From: Klebsormidium nitens
Taxonomy: Eukaryota; Plantae; Klebsormidiophyceae
Direction: 5' to 3'
Length of the DNA: 64,000 nt
NCBI GenBank assembly: GCA_000708835.1
Contig: DF237050.1
Span: 57,919-121,918, forward strand
Below the pieces are notes generated by a model. It was given only the letters and a program-made list of their open reading frames with translations. It was not told the origin of the DNA and searched no databases. A program made the position numbers and the translations under genes. Positions 63,739 through 64,000 of the stretch are shown here, piece after piece. The first letter of the stretch is position 1; every line of letters begins with the position of its first letter.

Positions 63739-64000
63739 CTAATCTGCACGCTTTGATTGGATATTTTTCTTGGCTCGTTTCGGCTCTTTTCTGTTCATGC
63801 ACGCAAGTACGTTCCTGCACATAGAGTCGGATTTGTTGTCCTCAGCCCCATCCTGCTAAAAAGCAACAAGACGGTCTGCTCTAATTCTTACTTCCACACG
63901 CGTTGTATAGCACAATTTCCGCTCTGATGCATGCAATTTGTGGTCACATTTTGGAAGCAACCCTTTAAGTTTCATGAGCACGTATATAGCACGGTTGCCG

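Noticed and set aside
1-64000. CRISPR arrays, tRNA/rRNA genes, U12-type introns, autonomous transposons or viral inserts
   Set aside because: None detected by eye. The GTATCCT-like hits (about 17490 and 42546) are not at usable exon boundaries.

Overview
Eukaryotic, intron-rich (GT-AG), roughly 50-55% GC nuclear DNA. The gene set is plant-type and most resembles a streptophyte green alga such as Klebsormidium; that assignment is inference only. Genes in order: RDR-alpha RNA-dependent RNA polymerase (+, 5' part outside the window, two frameshifts as written); PEBP-family protein (-); a ~600 bp MITE-like element; SWC5/CFDP1 BCNT-C protein (-); a large uncharacterised multi-exon protein with possible ATP-grasp-like motifs (+); organellar RadA/Sms (+); eIF2-alpha (+); VOC/glyoxalase-like protein (+); Rid/YjgF-family protein lacking the RidA arginine (-); COA3-like microprotein (+); RlmN-type radical SAM methyltransferase (+); two tandem GT34 (XXT/GMGT-like) glycosyltransferases (-); and an ATM1/ABCB7-type half ABC transporter (+). 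Two observations stand out. (1) The ABC transporter has a hidden second, homologous copy of its TM6 exon that looks like a mutually exclusive exon pair and would swap the glutathione-pocket residues. (2) The RDR gene has an inferred ~11-nt deletion and a visible 11-nt duplication. Together they keep the spliced ORF open while reading ~336 codons, including the DLDGD catalytic core, in an alternative frame. Exon boundaries were called by eye from splice consensus plus family homology. No database searches were run.
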